A stretch of 64,000 nt of DNA from Nitrospira sp. GTDB taxonomy: Bacteria; Nitrospirota; Nitrospiria; Nitrospirales; Nitrospiraceae. A program made the translations under genes and the position numbers. This document shows, in pieces, positions 1-10,998 of the stretch. Positions within the stretch are counted from its first letter, which is position 1; each line of letters opens with the position of its first letter. The DNA lies in NCBI GenBank assembly GCA_015903945.1, contig JABMDL010000007.1:11653-75652 (forward strand). The letters run 5' to 3'. The notes under the pieces were generated by a model, which worked only from the letters and a program-made list of their open reading frames with translations, made no database searches and was not told the origin of the DNA.

Positions 1-1075
1 TTCGCTTCATCAGCGATAACACTTGGAGGGCGGAAATGAGTCCGTCTCCCGTCGTGTTGTGGTCGAGGAAAATAAAATGGCCCGATTGCTCCCCGCCGAA
101 GTTATATCCGTCGGCTTGCATCCGTTCCAGCAAATATCGGTCACCCACCGGCGTTCGGACCAGCTTGATGCCCGCCTTCGCCATGGATAATTCCAGACCG
201 AAATTGCTCATCACGGTCCCTACCAGTGTCTGCTTGGCCAGTAGCCCATTGCGGTAGAGGTCGAGCCCCAAGGCCGCCATGATGTGGTCGCCGTCGACAA
301 TTGTCCCCTGCTCGCAGACGAAGATCGCCCGGTCCGCGTCGCCGTCTAGCGCAATCCCGAGATCGGCTTGATGTTGGAGTACGGCGTTCTGCAGCTTTTC
401 GGGATGGACGGCTCCACAGCCAGCGTTGATGTTCATGCCGTCCGGATTGTTGCCGATGACCTCGATCTTGGCGCCCAGCTCTCTGAGAATCGCCGGTGCC
501 ACTTTATAGGCGGCACCGTTGGCGCAATCGATGACGAGCTTCATCCCTTGAAAATCTAGGTCCCGAGGCAGTGACCGTTTTGTGAACTCGATGTACCGGC
601 CATCCGCATCGTCGATCCGATAGGCCTTTCCAATCAGGTCCGCAGTCGGCCGGAGATGGCTGATTTCGTTCGACACGATTAACTGTTCGATCCGGGCCTC
701 AACGTCGTCGGGCAACTTGAATCCATCACTCGAAAAAAACTTGATCCCATTGTCTTGATAAGGGTTGTGCGAAGCCGAAATCACCACGCCGGCGTCGGCC
801 CGAAGGCTACGCGTCAAGAACGCAATGGCCGGCGTCGGCATCGGCCCGACCAGCAGTACATCGACGCCCATGGAGCAGATTCCTGAGGTCAAGGCGGACT
901 CCAACATATAGCCAGACACACGCGTGTCTTTGCCGATGACGATCTGATGCCGTCCGGCCCGCCGCATGAAAATATGTGCGGCGGCCCGTCCCAGTTGCAT
1001 GGCCATCTCGCTGGTCATCGGATCGAGATTAGCCACGCCGCGGATTCCGTCCGTTCCAAAAAGTTTACGCATCAT
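1..1075 (-). CDS. glmM: Phosphoglucosamine mutase (runs off the window start)
   Basis: Hand translation of the minus strand gives [16 protein letters not shown], the phosphoserine motif [17 protein letters not shown] and the metal loop [12 protein letters not shown]. The start overlaps the folP stop. Absent from the ORF track because it is open-ended. Confidence 0.95.
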   Translation of the reverse strand, partial: MMRKLFGTDGIRGVANLDPMTSEMAMQLGRAAAHIFMRRAGRHQIVIGKDTRVSGYMLESALTSGICSMGVDVLLVGPMPTPAIAFLTRSLRADAGVVISASHNPYQDNGIKFFSSDGFKLPDDVEARIEQLIVSNEISHLRPTADLIGKAYRIDDADGRYIEFTKRSLPRDLDFQGMKLVIDCANGAAYKVAPAILRELGAKIEVIGNNPDGMNINAGCGAVHPEKLQNAVLQHQADLGIALDGDADRAIFVCEQGTIVDGDHIMAALGLDLYRNGLLAKQTLVGTVMSNFGLELSMAKAGIKLVRTPVGDRYLLERMQADGYNFGGEQSGHFIFLDHNTTGDGLISALQVLSLMKR

Positions 1076-1988
1076 GCTCCTGTCTGCTTTGCGGTAGAGA
1101 GGCTCGCACGGCGGCCGCCACTTTGACGACATCCGCCATCATCGCCACATCATGAACTCGAAGAATCGCGGCTCCACGATCGACCGCAAGCGCGACTGCC
1201 GCAGCTGTTCCCCACTCCCGATGCTCGACAGGCCGGTCAAGCAGCTGACCGATGAATGCTTTGCGAGAAAGACCCACAAGCACGGGACAACCCATATTGG
1301 TCAGATCGGAAAGCCGATTCAAGAGTTTGAGATTGTGTTCGAGTAGCTTACCAAAACCGATACCTGGATCAAGGATGATGTGAGTCTTTGAAATTCCCGC
1401 CTCCCCAGCCGCCTGCATCCGCTCATGAAAAAAGGATGCGACTTCCTTGACCACATCGCCATACTGCGGCGCTTGCTGCATCGTCGGAGGAGTCCCTCGA
1501 ATATGCATCAGCACGACAGCTGCACCGGATCGGGCCACGACTGAGGCCATCTCCTGGTCCCACCGAAGCGCGCTGACATCGTTGATAATACAGGCTCCCA
1601 CGTTCAGAGCCGCCTGTGCCACGGCTGCTTTACTCGTATCTACTGAAATCGGAACCGTCACCCGATGGGCCACTTCAGCGACGACAGGAATCAGCCGAGC
1701 CAGTTCCTCCTCCTGGCTGACAGGATAAGCACCAGGCCTGGTCGATTCAGCCCCGACGTCGAGAATATCCGCCCCTTGATCAACCAGTTCAAGTGCACGG
1801 GCAACGGCCTGTTCAGGAAGATTGTACCGCCCCCCATCGTAGAATGAATCCGGCGTGACATTCACAATCCCCATGACCAGCGGCCGGCTGTATCTGATTT
1901 CTCTACCGCCGGCGAGGAACCAATCTTTACGAGCAGGCCTCTCCACCGCTGCTCCATCAACTGTTTCCCCTGCCTCTACTGATTCCAT
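1065..1988 (-). CDS. folP: Dihydropteroate synthase
   Basis: [31 protein letters not shown] and SRKAF motifs; ftsH-folP-glmM synteny. Confidence 0.95.
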   Translation of the reverse strand: MESVEAGETVDGAAVERPARKDWFLAGGREIRYSRPLVMGIVNVTPDSFYDGGRYNLPEQAVARALELVDQGADILDVGAESTRPGAYPVSQEEELARLIPVVAEVAHRVTVPISVDTSKAAVAQAALNVGACIINDVSALRWDQEMASVVARSGAAVVLMHIRGTPPTMQQAPQYGDVVKEVASFFHERMQAAGEAGISKTHIILDPGIGFGKLLEHNLKLLNRLSDLTNMGCPVLVGLSRKAFIGQLLDRPVEHREWGTAAAVALAVDRGAAILRVHDVAMMADVVKVAAAVRASLPQSRQEHDA

Positions 1989-2113
1989 AGATCACACGGC
2001 ACCACACCGTCGCAGGCACGGCGCAGATCATACCCATATCAATGGATTGGTATCGGAATTCCTGTCACGCAACGGTTCCTTTGCCCGAGGGAACCGTTGC
2101 GTAATGAATCGTT

Positions 2114-3925
2114 TCAGACGGGAACCGTCTGAGAGGAGGACTGCATGAGAATTTGATCGATCTCCGGCGCGTCCAACACTTCTTTTTCGAGCAGGGCTTC
2201 GGCCAACGCCTTCAAGCTAGCCATCTGCTCCGTCAGGACACGCTTCGCGCGTTCATAGTTCTCAGTAACAAAACGTTTGATTTCCAGATCGATCTCCAAC
2301 GCCACTTGATCACTGACATCCCGTTTGGCTGAAAAGTCGCGGCCCAGAAACACGGCATCCTCTTTCTGCCCAAACGTCAGGGGGCCCAGCTTTTCGCTCA
2401 TGCCCCATTCGCACACCATCTTCCGTGCCAGATCGGTCGCGCGCTCCAAATCGTTGCCTGCGCCGGTGGTGATATGTTTGAACACCAGTTCCTCCGCCAC
2501 CCGGCCACCCATAAGAATCGCCAACGTATTGTACAAGAACTCTTTCGAGTAATTATGCCGGTCGTCGGTCGGCAACTGCATGGTCAACCCCAATGCTCTG
2601 CCTCTGGGAATGATCGTGACCTTATGGACAGGATCGGTGCCTGGCAGCATCTTCGCCATCAAGGCATGGCCGGCTTCATGATACGCCGTGATGCGTTTTT
2701 CCTCATCGGTCAGAATCATGCTCTTTCGTTCCGCACCCATCATGACCTTATCTTTGGCCATCTCAAAATCGATGTTCTCAACTTCCTTCTTGTTTTGACG
2801 AGCAGCCCATAGCGCCGCTTCATTGACGAGATTCTCAAGATCAGCACCGGAAAACCCTGGGGTCCCTCGGGCAATCTTTTCCAACTCTACATTCGCTGCG
2901 ATGGGAACCTTTTTCGTGTGGACTTTCAGGATCTCAGAACGGCCTTTGAGGTCTGGCCGATTCACGACAACCTGTCGATCGAAGCGGCCCGGCCGAAGCA
3001 ACGCAGGATCAAGCACATCGGGACGATTGGTGGCGGCGACCAAAATTACTCCTTCGGTCGTGTCAAATCCGTCCATTTCAACCAGCAATTGATTGAGGGT
3101 TTGTTCCCGTTCATCATGCCCGCCACCGAGCCCGGCGCCACGCAGGCGACCTACCGCATCAATCTCATCGATGAAAATGATACAGGGGGCATGCTTTTTC
3201 CCTTGTTCAAAGAGATCACGTACTCGTGAAGCCCCCACGCCGACAAACATCTCAACGAAATCGGACCCACTGATACTGAAGAAGGGGACACCCGCCTCCC
3301 CGGCAATCGCTTTGGCGAGCAAAGTCTTGCCAGTTCCAGGGGGGCCAACGACCAGCACACCCTTGGGGATACGTCCGCCAAGCTTCTGGAACTTCCTCGG
3401 GTCCTTCAAGAACTCGATAATCTCAAGGACCTCTTCTTTTGCCTCATCAACGCCGGCAACATCGGAGAATGTGACTTTCTTTCGTTCTTCCGTCAGCATC
3501 CGAGCACGACTCTTACCAAACGAGAGCGCCTTGTTCCCTCCGATCTGCATCTGGCGCATGAGGAAGAACCAGAGGCCAAGGAAAAGAATAAACGGTCCCC
3601 ACGTGACAAGGAACGTGATATACCACGGACTTTCGTCGGGTGGCTTGACTTCGATTTGAACGTCCTTTTCGCGAAGCATTTTCACCATATCCGGATAGTC
3701 CGCCGCGTACGTGCGGATACGCGTCTTGTCCTTCAAGACCCCGCTGATATGGTTACCTTTGATGATGACTTTCTCGAAGTCGCCCTTATCGAGTTTCGCC
3801 ATGAAGTCGCTGAAAATGACTTCTTCTTCCGGTGCATGGGTCGGAACGCTGAACAGATTAAACAGCAGAATCATGAACAAGCCGACCACGACCCAGAAAA
3901 GCAAGTTCTTGACCCTGGAATTCAT
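2114..3925 (-). CDS. ftsH: ATP-dependent zinc metalloprotease FtsH
   Basis: Two N-terminal TM segments, Walker [32 protein letters not shown] and HEAGH zinc motif. Confidence 0.98.
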   Translation of the reverse strand: MNSRVKNLLFWVVVGLFMILLFNLFSVPTHAPEEEVIFSDFMAKLDKGDFEKVIIKGNHISGVLKDKTRIRTYAADYPDMVKMLREKDVQIEVKPPDESPWYITFLVTWGPFILFLGLWFFLMRQMQIGGNKALSFGKSRARMLTEERKKVTFSDVAGVDEAKEEVLEIIEFLKDPRKFQKLGGRIPKGVLVVGPPGTGKTLLAKAIAGEAGVPFFSISGSDFVEMFVGVGASRVRDLFEQGKKHAPCIIFIDEIDAVGRLRGAGLGGGHDEREQTLNQLLVEMDGFDTTEGVILVAATNRPDVLDPALLRPGRFDRQVVVNRPDLKGRSEILKVHTKKVPIAANVELEKIARGTPGFSGADLENLVNEAALWAARQNKKEVENIDFEMAKDKVMMGAERKSMILTDEEKRITAYHEAGHALMAKMLPGTDPVHKVTIIPRGRALGLTMQLPTDDRHNYSKEFLYNTLAILMGGRVAEELVFKHITTGAGNDLERATDLARKMVCEWGMSEKLGPLTFGQKEDAVFLGRDFSAKRDVSDQVALEIDLEIKRFVTENYERAKRVLTEQMASLKALAEALLEKEVLDAPEIDQILMQSSSQTVPV

Positions 3926-4059
3926 CCGGATCTCCTTCTCGTACTAACGTGAACCGAATGGAACAGATCCTATTTAGAAACCCTGGTGATGTTAACACAG
4001 CCACGTTTAGGTTGACAACCACGCTCCGTTATCTTGCTTGGTTTCTTGCATTCACGCTC

Positions 4060-4602
4060 TTACTCATCCTGAAGATCCTTCTGATCGAGCACCGCCAGGT
4101 AGGGAAGGTTTCGATATTTCTGCCGATAGTCAAGCCCGTATCCCACGATGTATTGGTTGGGCACGGTGAATCCAACGTATTCGACATGCACGTTGACGAC
4201 ACGGCGCTCCTGCTTGGCCAAGAGCGCGCAGACATTGATACTCCTCGGCTTTTTCCTTGCCAGTGTCTTCAGCAGATGTTGCGCGGTCATACCCGAATCC
4301 ACGATATCCTCGACCAGCAACACGTCTTTGCCCTTAATCTCCTCGGTCAACTCGGTCACCACCTTGACCTTACCGGAACTTTTGGTCCGTGATCCATAAC
4401 TGGCGACTACGATAAAATCGACCCGAACCGGAATTCGAATCGCCCGGGCCAAATCGGCATAAAAAGCATACGCGCCTTTTAAGACACCGACGAGGACCAG
4501 ATCATGGCCGGCATAATCAGCGCTGATCTGACGGCCCAGCTCCCGAATGCGGGTCCGCATCTGCTCCTGCGTCACGATCGGCTTTCCAAACATACGATCC
4601 AT
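4060..4602 (-). CDS. hpt: Hypoxanthine phosphoribosyltransferase
   Basis: VLLVEDIVDSG PRPP motif and VGYGLDY; tilS-hpt-ftsH synteny. Confidence 0.95.
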   Translation of the reverse strand: MDRMFGKPIVTQEQMRTRIRELGRQISADYAGHDLVLVGVLKGAYAFYADLARAIRIPVRVDFIVVASYGSRTKSSGKVKVVTELTEEIKGKDVLLVEDIVDSGMTAQHLLKTLARKKPRSINVCALLAKQERRVVNVHVEYVGFTVPNQYIVGYGLDYRQKYRNLPYLAVLDQKDLQDE

Positions 4603-4606
4603 TCCG

Positions 4607-6073
4607 CTAACTCTCCTTCTCTGCCCGCGCTGGATGCACTGCCAAAGTCATATATCGTTTCGTATCCGGCGCCACCAGCCACCGTTCGTCTTGCCGATAG
4701 CCAACCACCCACACAATCCCCTCTGGAGCGACAACCAGGGGGATCCGTTTTCGGTCGGCACGGGATAGCTTTAGATCCATAAAAAAATCCTGGATTTTTT
4801 TTGATCGTCCTTTCATGCCGTGTGGGCAGAACCGATCTCCGGCCTGCCAGGCCCGGACCACGAACGGTTGAGAGATCCGGTCGGCATCGATCACAATGCG
4901 GTCCTTCGTTAGAACCATTGAAGCAATCTGTTGCCGCGTCACCTCTTGTACCTGAATCTGCTGTCCCGTTCCAGCCCATGTCATACTTCCCGGTACGGCA
5001 ATACTGGTAGGGCGTGGCTGGCAGTGAAGAGATCGTTCCGCATTGTTAAATTGAACGAACCGGACGGAGTCTTTTCCCACAGCGACCCAGCCGGACGGGA
5101 TTGCAACCTCGGAGACGACATTCTGTCTTGCGACAGCCCGGAGCACCAGCTCAACAGTGTCCCGCCTCGGCGATCGGCGCTGCGACTCCCCTCGCCGTAA
5201 CAACTCCCTCACGATGCGCCGCTGCACAGCAACGGGAACCTGATGCAAGAACGACCTGTCAATCGCCCACCCACCTTCAGGAAGCGGTCTGACCCAGGGA
5301 TGGCACAGCGCCTGAACGTGCCCCCCAAGATACCGGTCGTCGTCTCGACAGAGATCGGCCAGCCGACAGAGAGCATCCACGGCCGATGGCACCAGCCGCT
5401 GTAAAATCGGGATCACGTCCTGTCTGATTTTGTTCCGGAGATAGATCGGTTTGTCATTGCTGGAGTCCTGCCGAAACAGCACTCCTTCACGGGAGAGATA
5501 GGCAAGGATCTGGTCTCGTCTCGTCTCGTACAATGGCCGGACGACGATGCCATCTCGACATGCAGGCATACCGGAGAGACCGGTCAGTCCTGCTCCTCGA
5601 AGCATCCAGAGAAGAACCGTCTCCGCTTGATCGTTGGCCGTATGCCCGACTGCGATTCGATCCGCCCCACACTGTTGTGCGATTTGGTTCATTGCACGAT
5701 ACCGCAGGTCACGAGCCGCTGCTTGCAGCGACAGACCGCGCACACGCCTGCGCACATCGAGCCGCATTGTCAGGAAGGGAAGATTTAATCGCCTGCACAT
5801 CGTTTCGACGAACGCTTGGTCGGCATCGGATTCCTCCCCGCGCAGTCCATAATTGAAATGCACCACCGTCAAGGTGAGGCGCCAGGACAGGCGGAGTCGA
5901 TGCAGGAGAGACAACAACGCGATCGAATCTGGCCCTCCCGACACAGCAATGAGCACATGCTGTCCACGATCAAACAGGCCACGCGATCGAATGGTCTGCA
6001 CCACCCGATGAAGCAGGGCGGGCCAGGTTTTCCGACGACCCTTTTGAACTACTACTGGCGCCGTAGCCGTCAT
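4607..6073 (-). CDS. tilS: tRNA(Ile)-lysidine synthetase
   Basis: PP-loop AVSGGPDS, GHTANDQAET, RNKIR and C-terminal TilS domain (KKIQDFFMD..RKRIPL). Confidence 0.95.
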   Translation of the reverse strand: MTATAPVVVQKGRRKTWPALLHRVVQTIRSRGLFDRGQHVLIAVSGGPDSIALLSLLHRLRLSWRLTLTVVHFNYGLRGEESDADQAFVETMCRRLNLPFLTMRLDVRRRVRGLSLQAAARDLRYRAMNQIAQQCGADRIAVGHTANDQAETVLLWMLRGAGLTGLSGMPACRDGIVVRPLYETRRDQILAYLSREGVLFRQDSSNDKPIYLRNKIRQDVIPILQRLVPSAVDALCRLADLCRDDDRYLGGHVQALCHPWVRPLPEGGWAIDRSFLHQVPVAVQRRIVRELLRRGESQRRSPRRDTVELVLRAVARQNVVSEVAIPSGWVAVGKDSVRFVQFNNAERSLHCQPRPTSIAVPGSMTWAGTGQQIQVQEVTRQQIASMVLTKDRIVIDADRISQPFVVRAWQAGDRFCPHGMKGRSKKIQDFFMDLKLSRADRKRIPLVVAPEGIVWVVGYRQDERWLVAPDTKRYMTLAVHPARAEKES

Positions 6074-7017
6074 CGCTCTCCCATCACTTCGTGACAGTTT
6101 CGCAACATCGTTCGAGCCGTCTCCACATCACACGCGATCTGGCGGCCCAACGCTTCGGTTCCCGCAAACTGCATGTCGCCGCGAACCGACTCGACAAACT
6201 CGACGGTGATCCGCTGGCCGTAGAGGTTCTGCGATTCATCCAACAGATGCACCTCCAGTAATCGCACTCCCGCATCGAACGTCGGCCTCGTTCCAATATA
6301 AGAGACGGAATTGTACCGCCGCTGGTTCCAGGTCGTCATCGTCGCATACACCCCATCGGACGGTACCACGCGATCGGGCGGCAACGGGAGATTGGCCGTC
6401 CGCCATCCCAGCTCCTGTCCTCTCTGAGCGCCGGGAGACACCTCTCCGGTGACCGCGTACCGTCGCCCGAGCAGAAGCGCCGCCTGCTTGACATCCCCAG
6501 CTTGAATGAGCTGCCGGATTCGTGTGGAACTCACGATGCCCCCATGAGCCGTCACCGGTGCCACCGGATGAACGGCAAAGCCGTGCCGGCTCCCCAACGT
6601 GACAAGATCCGCAATCTTTCCCGCCCGCTTGTGCCCGAACACAAAATGCTGTCCGACAAAAATCTCTTTCAGTCTGAGCGCCTGACACAACACCTGTTGG
6701 CTAAATGCCTCCGGCGACAAGGCGGCAAAGGCCCGATCGAATTCCAAGAACACAACCTCATCGATCCCCGCATCGCGGAATCGGTCAAGTTTCTCCTCTG
6801 GACTGGTCAGGAACCGAAGATCAACCTGAGGCGCCAAGATCTTCACTGGATGCGGGTCGAACGTGAGCGCCAACGCAGTGCCCTGAGCCTTGCGCGCGGT
6901 TTCGACTACCGTTTGCAAGAGAGCGCGATGCCCGATGTGATGCCCGTCGAAATTACCGATCGTCGCAACAGGATAGGGCCGAACCGCCTCGCCCTGATAT
7001 CCGCGAGTCACTTTCAT
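6070..7017 (-). CDS. ribF: Bifunctional riboflavin kinase / FAD synthetase
   Basis: GNFDGHHIGH, VSSTRIR, GWRTANL and LEVHL motifs. Start placed at MKVTRG (7017), not the ORF-track start 7080 that overlaps hemB. Confidence 0.93.
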   Translation of the reverse strand: MKVTRGYQGEAVRPYPVATIGNFDGHHIGHRALLQTVVETARKAQGTALALTFDPHPVKILAPQVDLRFLTSPEEKLDRFRDAGIDEVVFLEFDRAFAALSPEAFSQQVLCQALRLKEIFVGQHFVFGHKRAGKIADLVTLGSRHGFAVHPVAPVTAHGGIVSSTRIRQLIQAGDVKQAALLLGRRYAVTGEVSPGAQRGQELGWRTANLPLPPDRVVPSDGVYATMTTWNQRRYNSVSYIGTRPTFDAGVRLLEVHLLDESQNLYGQRITVEFVESVRGDMQFAGTEALGRQIACDVETARTMLRNCHEVMGER

Positions 7018-7024
7018 TTGATGG

Positions 7025-7996
7025 TCAATGCAGGAGTCGTGCAGCGTCCTTGGCGAAATAGGTGAGAATGATATCGGCACCCGCCCGCTTGATCGCCAAC
7101 AGTGACTCCATCATCGCGCGCGATTCGTCGAGCCAGCCGGCAGTGGCGGCAGCCTTGATCATGCTGTATTCACCGCTCACTTGATAGGCGGCAACAGGCA
7201 GCAGCGTCCGTTGCCGAGCCGCTGCAATGATGTCCAAATACGGCAACGCCGGCTTAACCATGACAATGTCGGCGCCCTCCTCGATGTCGAGATCGATCTC
7301 ACGGAGCGCCTCCCGCCCATTTGCCGGGTCCATCTGGTAAGACCGCCGATCACCGAACTGAGGACTGGAGTACGCGGCATCGCGAAACGGCGCATAGAAA
7401 CAGGAGGAAAACTTCGCCGCATAGGCCATGATCGGCAGATCGGGAAACCCGGCCTGATCCAGCTCGCTTCGAATGGCGGCCACCCGGCCGTCCATCATAT
7501 CTGAAGGCGCGACCATGTCGGCTCCGGCTGCGGCATGGGTGCGCGCCATGGTTCTCAGGCAAGCCAGCGTTTCGTCATTGAGAATTCTTCCGTCCTTGAC
7601 GATTCCGCAATGCCCGTGACTGGTGTACTCATCGATACAGACATCGGTGATGACGATCAGCCCCGGGACATATTCTTTGACCGCTTTGACTGCCCTCTGC
7701 ACGATGCCGTTCGGATCCAAACCAGCGCTGCCTCGCTCGTCCTTTTGCGCCGGAATGCCGAATAAGATGATCGCCGGTATTCCCAGCGTATGGATTTCGC
7801 CAGCCTCCTTGATCAGCAGATCGATCGACAATCTGAACTGCCCCGGCATCGACCCGATTTCCTCGCGCCGGTTTTTCCCCTCGACGACGAAAAGCGGCGC
7901 GATAAAATCCGCCGGCGACAGCGTCGTTTCACGGACCATCCGCCGTAACGCTTCCTGTTGCCGAAGCCGACGGAGTCGCTGAATTGGAAACGCCAT
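7025..7996 (-). CDS. hemB: Porphobilinogen synthase (ALA dehydratase)
   Basis: RLRRLR N-terminus, [28 protein letters not shown] and AYQVSGEY. Confidence 0.97.
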   Translation of the reverse strand: MAFPIQRLRRLRQQEALRRMVRETTLSPADFIAPLFVVEGKNRREEIGSMPGQFRLSIDLLIKEAGEIHTLGIPAIILFGIPAQKDERGSAGLDPNGIVQRAVKAVKEYVPGLIVITDVCIDEYTSHGHCGIVKDGRILNDETLACLRTMARTHAAAGADMVAPSDMMDGRVAAIRSELDQAGFPDLPIMAYAAKFSSCFYAPFRDAAYSSPQFGDRRSYQMDPANGREALREIDLDIEEGADIVMVKPALPYLDIIAAARQRTLLPVAAYQVSGEYSMIKAAATAGWLDESRAMMESLLAIKRAGADIILTYFAKDAARLLH

Positions 7997-8002
7997 ACCG
8001 CC

Positions 8003-8398
8003 CTACTTCTTCCTTGGAAGATTCGTCAGGAATACGACAAGATCGCGGACAGAAATGACTCCGACCAGCTTGCCATCTCGGGTGACACCGAGATGGCGCA
8101 GATGGGATCGGGCCATCAAATCATTGGCATCCAGCAATGTCTTGCTTTCTTCAATAGTGACGATCGGCGCGGACATGATCTGCTCCACCGTGGTCTTGGT
8201 CGCCTCCAATCCGGCAGCGACCACCCGCCGCATCATATCCGTGTCGGTCAAAATGCCGATGATGTCCCGACCGTTGGTCACGAATAAACTCCCAATCCCC
8301 TTATCGCGCATCACACGAGCTGCGGTCTGCGCGTCCGTATCCCTCTGTACCGTCACGAACTTCTCTCGCGGAATCATGAATGACTTCACCGGAACCAT
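8003..8398 (-). CDS. CBS-domain protein
   Basis: Tandem CBS pair (IGSLFV..IIGILTDTD; LRHLGV..LVGVISVRD) inside the heme operon. Confidence 0.85.
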   Translation of the reverse strand: MVPVKSFMIPREKFVTVQRDTDAQTAARVMRDKGIGSLFVTNGRDIIGILTDTDMMRRVVAAGLEATKTTVEQIMSAPIVTIEESKTLLDANDLMARSHLRHLGVTRDGKLVGVISVRDLVVFLTNLPRKK

Positions 8399-8455
8399 GT
8401 CATGCCCCTCCTTTTGCGGAACGTAGATTCTCTCTCGGCCTACGGCCTGTCCGTG

Positions 8456-10018
8456 TTACCGATGACCCGCCGCGACATGGTCGCGGCTCCCATAATGCCG
8501 GACGATCGCGTCGACCAGCGCCGGGATTGTATTTTCTCCCGGCATGATCGAGACCGTCAAACCATATTCTCCTGCGGTCTGCGCCGTGACCGGCCCGATG
8601 CAGGCCACCGCAACGGATTGCAGAAGCAGTCGGGCCTCCTCCACACCACCGAGCATCCCGATAAAGTTCCGGACCGTGGATGAACTCGTAAACGTCACGG
8701 CATGGATCTGCCGCTCGATCAGTTGCTGACGCCATCCCTCTGCCTCCGCATCAGGGACGATCGTCCGGTAGACCGCAACCACATCGACCTGGGCACCGCG
8801 GGCGCGGAGTTCGTCCGGCAACAATTCCCGCGCCACCTCGGCGCGGGGAATGAGGATACGGGCAGAAGCTACATCCTGCGTGCCCACCGCCGCCAGTAGC
8901 CCCTCGGCCTGATAGTCCGCAGGCACAATATCAGCCCGCACACCAAACTTTTCAAGCTCCAGGGCCGTACGCGGCCCGATACAGCAGATCCGCTTCCCGG
9001 CCAACGCACGAGAGTCCAATCCATTGGTCCCGAGCCTGGTCATGAATTTGCCCACGCCGTTGACACTGGTGAAAATCACCCATCCGTACGTGCTAATGGT
9101 GCGGATCGCCCGATCGACGGGAGCCCAATCAACCGGAGGGACAATCTGGATGGTCGGCGCTTCGACCGGTTCAGCCCCGTACGAGGCCAGCCGCTCCGCC
9201 AATTCCACAGCCTGTTCTTTCGCCCGCGTCATCAAGATGCGTTTACCAAACAACGCCCGTTGCTCGAACCAGTTCAGGTGAGGTCTGAGCCCCACCACAT
9301 CGCCTACAACAATCACTGTCGGCGGCTCCATCTTGGCGGCTTCGGCCTTCTCAACGATATCGGTGAGCGTCCCCACCACGGTCTGCTGTGTGGCCCTGGT
9401 CCCCCACCGAATGATCGCCGCCGGCGTGGTGGAAGGCCGCCCTTCCGCCGTCAAATTGGCAACGATGGACGGAAGATTCTTCATCCCCATGAGAAACACC
9501 AGTGTTCCATGGCTCGTGGCGAGCCTTGGCCATTCCACTCCTGTGGACGGTTTGTCCGGATCTTCGTGCCCTGTCACGAATGTGACTGTCGAGGCCATGG
9601 TCCGATGGGTTACGGGAATACCGGCATACGCCGGGGCCGCGATTGCCGCGGTCACGCCTGGGACGACCTCGAACTCGATACCGGCCGATGCCAGCGCTTC
9701 CGCCTCTTCGCCGCCCCGTCCGAACACAAAGGGATCGCCGCCCTTTAATCGAACGACCGTCTTTCCTTCCCGCGCCCGCTCGATCAACAACCGGTTGATT
9801 TCCTCCTGTGCAGGGTACTTCCCTCTGCCACGCCGCCCAATATACAGACGCTCTGCCTGATCGGATGCATGGGCCAGCAGTGCGGGATTGGCAAGATAGT
9901 CGTAGAGAACCACCTCCGCCTGCTCAAGACATTCCTTCCCGCGAAGGGTCAGCAGCTTAGGCTCACCCGGACCAGCCCCAACCAAATAGACCTTGCCCAT
10001 CGATTGTCGATGCCTCAT
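8456..10018 (-). CDS. cobA: Fused uroporphyrinogen-III C-methyltransferase / uroporphyrinogen-III synthase (CobA-HemD)
   Basis: VYLVGAGPG, RLKGGDPFVFGRGGEE, then a HemD domain (ILMTRAKEQA; FTSVNGV; TFTSSSTV). Alternative start at 10000. Confidence 0.93.
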   Translation of the reverse strand: MRHRQSMGKVYLVGAGPGEPKLLTLRGKECLEQAEVVLYDYLANPALLAHASDQAERLYIGRRGRGKYPAQEEINRLLIERAREGKTVVRLKGGDPFVFGRGGEEAEALASAGIEFEVVPGVTAAIAAPAYAGIPVTHRTMASTVTFVTGHEDPDKPSTGVEWPRLATSHGTLVFLMGMKNLPSIVANLTAEGRPSTTPAAIIRWGTRATQQTVVGTLTDIVEKAEAAKMEPPTVIVVGDVVGLRPHLNWFEQRALFGKRILMTRAKEQAVELAERLASYGAEPVEAPTIQIVPPVDWAPVDRAIRTISTYGWVIFTSVNGVGKFMTRLGTNGLDSRALAGKRICCIGPRTALELEKFGVRADIVPADYQAEGLLAAVGTQDVASARILIPRAEVARELLPDELRARGAQVDVVAVYRTIVPDAEAEGWRQQLIERQIHAVTFTSSSTVRNFIGMLGGVEEARLLLQSVAVACIGPVTAQTAGEYGLTVSIMPGENTIPALVDAIVRHYGSRDHVAAGHR

Positions 10019-10971
10019 CAGACCCTTCCGTAAATTTCGCGAAGAATCTTGTCGCCGCCTCGAGCCAACAACCGTTCAGCCAACTGGACACCCAACGCAT
10101 GGGCCTCTCCGCTCTTTCCCCGGATCTCATCACGAATGATGGTCTTGCCATCGACGCTTGCCACAAGACCGTCCAAGGTCAACTGCCCATCGGACAGGGT
10201 TGCATGGGCGGCAATCGGTACTTGGCATCCACCTTCCAGTCTATACAAGAAGGCCCGTTCCGCCGTCACCGCCGTCCCAGTCGTCTGATCATTGAGACGA
10301 TCAAGGATCGACCGCACGAAGTGGTCTTCGCCACGCCCTTCGATGCCCAAGGCTCCTTGGCCGATCGCAGGTAAGCTGACGACCGGATCGAGGTATTCGG
10401 TAATCTCCTGAGCCCAGGCCAACCGATGCAACCCGGCGGCGGCCAGCACGATGGCGTCGAACTGCCCCTCCTTGAGCTTTCGCAGCCGGGTATCCAAATT
10501 ACCCCGCAACATGTCGATGCAGAGATCAGGACGGGCGTTTAGGAGCTGCGCTTGCCGGCGCAGACTTGCCGTGCCGATCCGTGCTCCCTGCGGCAAATCC
10601 ATGAACCGGCGCCCATCCCGGCTGATCAATGCATCGCGCGCGTCTTCGCGGGGCGGTACGCAGAGAATCTCCAACCCGTCCGGCAATTGTGCCGGAAGGT
10701 CCTTCATGCTGTGGACGGCCAGATCAATCTCGCCGGCCAGCAGCGCCTCTTCGATTTCTTTAACGAACAGCCCCTTCCCGCCGATTTTTGCCAAGGGCAC
10801 ATCGACGATCTTGTCACCGGAGGTCTGAATCTTGCGCAACATCACCTGAACGTCGGGCGCCACCTCATGCAGGCGAGCCTGAAACCACTGGCTCTGCTGT
10901 AATGCCAACTTGCTTCCCCTGGTTCCCAAAATCAGGGTCGCGCGCGGGCCATTGGGCAAAGACACGGGCAC
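10018..10971 (-). CDS. hemC: Hydroxymethylbilane synthase
   Basis: LGTRGSKLALQQ, GGKGLFVKE, AVHSMKD and GGCQVPI. Confidence 0.97.
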   Translation of the reverse strand: MPVSLPNGPRATLILGTRGSKLALQQSQWFQARLHEVAPDVQVMLRKIQTSGDKIVDVPLAKIGGKGLFVKEIEEALLAGEIDLAVHSMKDLPAQLPDGLEILCVPPREDARDALISRDGRRFMDLPQGARIGTASLRRQAQLLNARPDLCIDMLRGNLDTRLRKLKEGQFDAIVLAAAGLHRLAWAQEITEYLDPVVSLPAIGQGALGIEGRGEDHFVRSILDRLNDQTTGTAVTAERAFLYRLEGGCQVPIAAHATLSDGQLTLDGLVASVDGKTIIRDEIRGKSGEAHALGVQLAERLLARGGDKILREIYGRV

Positions 10972-10998
10972 ATCCTTTCCGACTATACCGGGCGAAAA

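Noticed and set aside
4781-4801. Perfect 10-bp palindrome AAAAAAATCC-T-GGATTTTTTT with A7/T8 runs inside tilS
   Set aside because: It encodes the conserved KKIQDFF motif in an intact frame, so codon choice explains it and there is no sign of slippage.
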